A DNA stretch of 64,000 nt from a virus (taxonomy: Duplodnaviria > Caudoviricetes): positions 15,312 through 79,311 of IMG/VR virus record IMGVR_UViG_3300020045_003390; one strand, 5' to 3'. The position numbers and the translations under genes were made by a program. Shown here piece by piece: positions 61,673 through 64,000 of the stretch (positions are counted from its first letter, which is position 1; the number at the start of each line of letters is the position of its first letter). The notes under the pieces were generated by a model. It was given only the letters and a program-made list of their open reading frames with translations, was not told the DNA's origin and searched no databases.

Positions 61673-63557
61673 AAAGGCGGGGTTAGATAAATTTTATCGA
61701 AGCTAGTTTTGTTTGATTGGTTAAATGTATGATAGAATGTAGGCATCACTCAGGAGTTATCATGAAATCAGAACGTAAAGCTAACGATTACCTCTCGCAA
61801 ACCGCTGAAGCTTTTCAGGCTGAACGCGCATTGTGGGCTAAGAAGCTGTCACCACCTGCTAAGGTTGTCCGTCCTGTGGCGAAGCCTGTTAATAGTGGTT
61901 TCTTTGGATTTTTCTTTAAGTTGGCCTGAAATAAATTCAAGATGTTGTAACCAAACAACACCTTTTTGTGTATAATTCACTACATCAACACACTGGAGCT
62001 ATCCAAATGAACAACCAAAGTATTTTTGCCAAGCACTCAAACAAAGATATTACCTCTCTTACAATCCTGGCTGCAAAAGGCTGGAAAATCTGGGGTCGAT
62101 ACGCTGCTGAACGTTTCGCAATTCGGCATGGTTTGGATTTGAGGCTTGTTAGACTGGCACGGCAATTGGAAGTAACTAAGGGGATTTGAATGAAACAGAA
62201 ATTATTGGACTTGATTGCTGACTATGCTCAAGAGGTAAAAGATTTTGGCTATTTGGACAATAGCCCTACATTGGCCGTTCTACAATCTTTTATTGATAGT
62301 CTTAACATTTAACTTAAACAAGGGGTAATATCATGGAAAACACAAAACGCACAAATCAAGGTAAGCCCTCACGTGACCGCAAAGAAGCACGGGAAAATAA
62401 AAGATACAATCAAGGTTGATAAGTTAACAAAAGTAGCATAGAATTCAATCATTCAATCAAACAAGGGTCTTATCATGAAAGTAAACGATAAAGTAATTTT
62501 CAAAGCTAGCGTTATCCGTCAATGCGGGCATAGTAGCAGTGTCGCGGGTATGCGTGGGGTTGTCTTGTCAGTCAGTGGAAAAGTGGCTGAAGTTGACTGC
62601 CTTGGCACATACAACAATGAAGAAGGTAACCGCGTGCGCTTTATTCCCGTGGCTAATTTGTGTGTATTCTCTGAAAAGCTTGGAATTTTCCCTGATGTAT
62701 CGTAAAAGTATGTTAGAATTTCAGTTATCAAAGCAATTAAGGTTATAGTGTATGAAGACAATCAATGATGTGTATGTAACCCGTAATCGCGGGCCATGGA
62801 ATGTCCCTAAGTCCCTTCAAAGTGTTATCGGGGTTCGTGAGTCTAGAATACTTAATTCTACAACATGTGAAGTGTTTCCGCATAAACTGAACAAAGATTG
62901 TGATTTTTATTTGTCGGATGACTGCACAACATATTATTGCCCAGCCAGTGGTATGTTTACAATTCAGGGTAATTCTAAAATCGTCAACTAAGGAGTAATT
63001 TATCATGTCTATTCAATCATACAAATCATTCAAGGGCACAGCACGGGAATTCATCCAAGCTGGTGTAATGATCAATGGAAAAGATATTAATCAGCCAGGG
63101 CTTAGCCTGATTGCTCAGTATGGGGTAGCTAAGATTGTGGGAGAGGTGGCACGTCCAATGGGAAAGCGGGGGCATCCTGAAAAGATTTATTTTTTACAGG
63201 GTAAAAGTGGGTTACGTGTAGAGTGGGCGGAAGTTAAACAGGATCAATTGGAGTTTGCATAATGGCACATATTACAAACATTCGTTTTCATGCTATTTAT
63301 GATCTGTTTCTGGCAGATTTGGACAACGGTGGCATTCGTGTAGGTATGGTTGACGGAGAAATTTTCGACTACCCTAGGGATCACCCTAAATATGATGAGG
63401 TTTCTAATTTGACACCTCACACAATCGAGGAGTTTTTTGATGAGCGTTATTTGAAATATGCTGGGAATGCTTGAAATGTTTTTTCCATTGGGTTCTGATT
63501 TTATGCGGTAGACGCTTGTAAAAGCGGATAGAGTAAGTTAGAATCCCTTGGAAAGCA

Positions 63558-63588
63558 ATAGACGGCTAGACAAGTCGTCGCCTTACAA
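63558..63588 (+). promoter_or_regulatory. Leader hairpin element, copy 3
   Basis: ATAGACGGC-N7-GTCGTC-GCCTTACAA, 14 nt after a -10 box. Confidence 0.75.
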
Positions 63589-63622
63589 ATTTTCAACCCC
63601 GCTAACTACTGGAGATAGCAAA

Positions 63623-63961
63623 ATGTCAATCGTTCAAACTGTCAGCCTTTATCAATTCCGTGGTGCTTTTTACAAAGCTGATCGTAAAGATAACTTTACT
63701 TATGAAGGCTTGGAAGTCCTTTTTGATTACTTGGAAAACTACAGCGACGAAACAGGCGAACCCATCGAGTTAGATGTAATCGCTTTGTGCTGTGAATATG
63801 ACGAATCAAGTATTGAAGAGATCATCAGTAATTACAGCATTGATGTATCGGACGCTGATGGTGATGATTATGAAACTCGGGTGATTGTCCGGGAATATCT
63901 GGAGGAAAACACATCAGTGTGTGGTGAGACAGATGGTGGATTTGTTTACGCTGCGTTTTGA
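63623..63961 (+). CDS. Highly acidic early protein
   Basis: 112 aa; 27 Asp/Glu versus 6 Lys/Arg by hand count; NFTYEGLEVLFDYLE...ELDVIALCCEY. Confidence 0.75.
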   Translation: MSIVQTVSLYQFRGAFYKADRKDNFTYEGLEVLFDYLENYSDETGEPIELDVIALCCEYDESSIEEIISNYSIDVSDADGDDYETRVIVREYLEENTSVCGETDGGFVYAAF

Positions 63962-64000
63962 TTTAACACTTGACTATTTGGAGTAATTACCATGTCAAAA

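Larger units (their letters stand above)
60581..63544 (+). promoter_or_regulatory. Cluster of strong sigma70-like early promoters (60581-60607, 61573-61600, 62416-62444, 63516-63544)
   Basis: TTGACA-15-TAGAAT (extended -10), TTGACA-16-TATAAT, TTGATA-17-TAGAAT, TTGTAA-17-TAGAAT. Confidence 0.7.

Noticed and set aside
61620-61690. c-di-GMP-I (GEMM) riboswitch suggested by GATGCAAAGGC
   Set aside because: No GNRA tetraloop/receptor pair or second GEMM hairpin.
1-64000. CRISPR array, TIGR-like array or other long tandem repeat array
   Set aside because: No regularly spaced repeat-spacer series seen in any intergenic region; the longest repeats have only 2-3 copies.
1-64000. Lysogeny module (integrase, CI repressor, att site)
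   Set aside because: No tyrosine or serine recombinase motifs; the only HTH at the switch resembles initiator-type wHTH rather than CI.

Overview
About 64 kb of a lytic long-tailed (siphovirus-type) dsDNA phage of a Gram-negative host; the host type is inferred from the spanins and SAR-type endolysin. There are three blocks. (1) 1-22.3 kb, + strand: head, neck, tail, tail tip/fibre and lysis genes, interrupted by two related GIY-YIG-like/HNH/AP2-like homing endonucleases and an antisense secreted-protein moron. (2) 22.3-49.7 kb, - strand: nucleotide metabolism and replication (HD hydrolase, class II RNR, ThyX, DUF5664-like and MazG-like pyrophosphatases, endonuclease VII, 5'-3' exonuclease, SSB, PolA, primase-helicase, HU) plus two tRNAs. 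(3) 49.8-64 kb, + strand: small early genes behind many sigma70-like promoters, with a non-coding stretch near 60.1-60.6 kb that may hold the genome end. Terminase, portal, integrase, repressor, CRISPR array and purZ were not seen in this window. Main leads: a three-copy leader hairpin laid out like lambda nutL/nutR around a divergent HTH switch with iteron-like repeats; covarying structured RNA leaders that appear to sequester the RBS of both tail-region homing endonucleases; a primase-helicase whose zinc-finger form can only start at a non-canonical ATA/ATT codon; and a probable +1 (TTT-CGA) tail-chaperone frameshift. All protein calls come from motif recognition by eye; no database searches were run.
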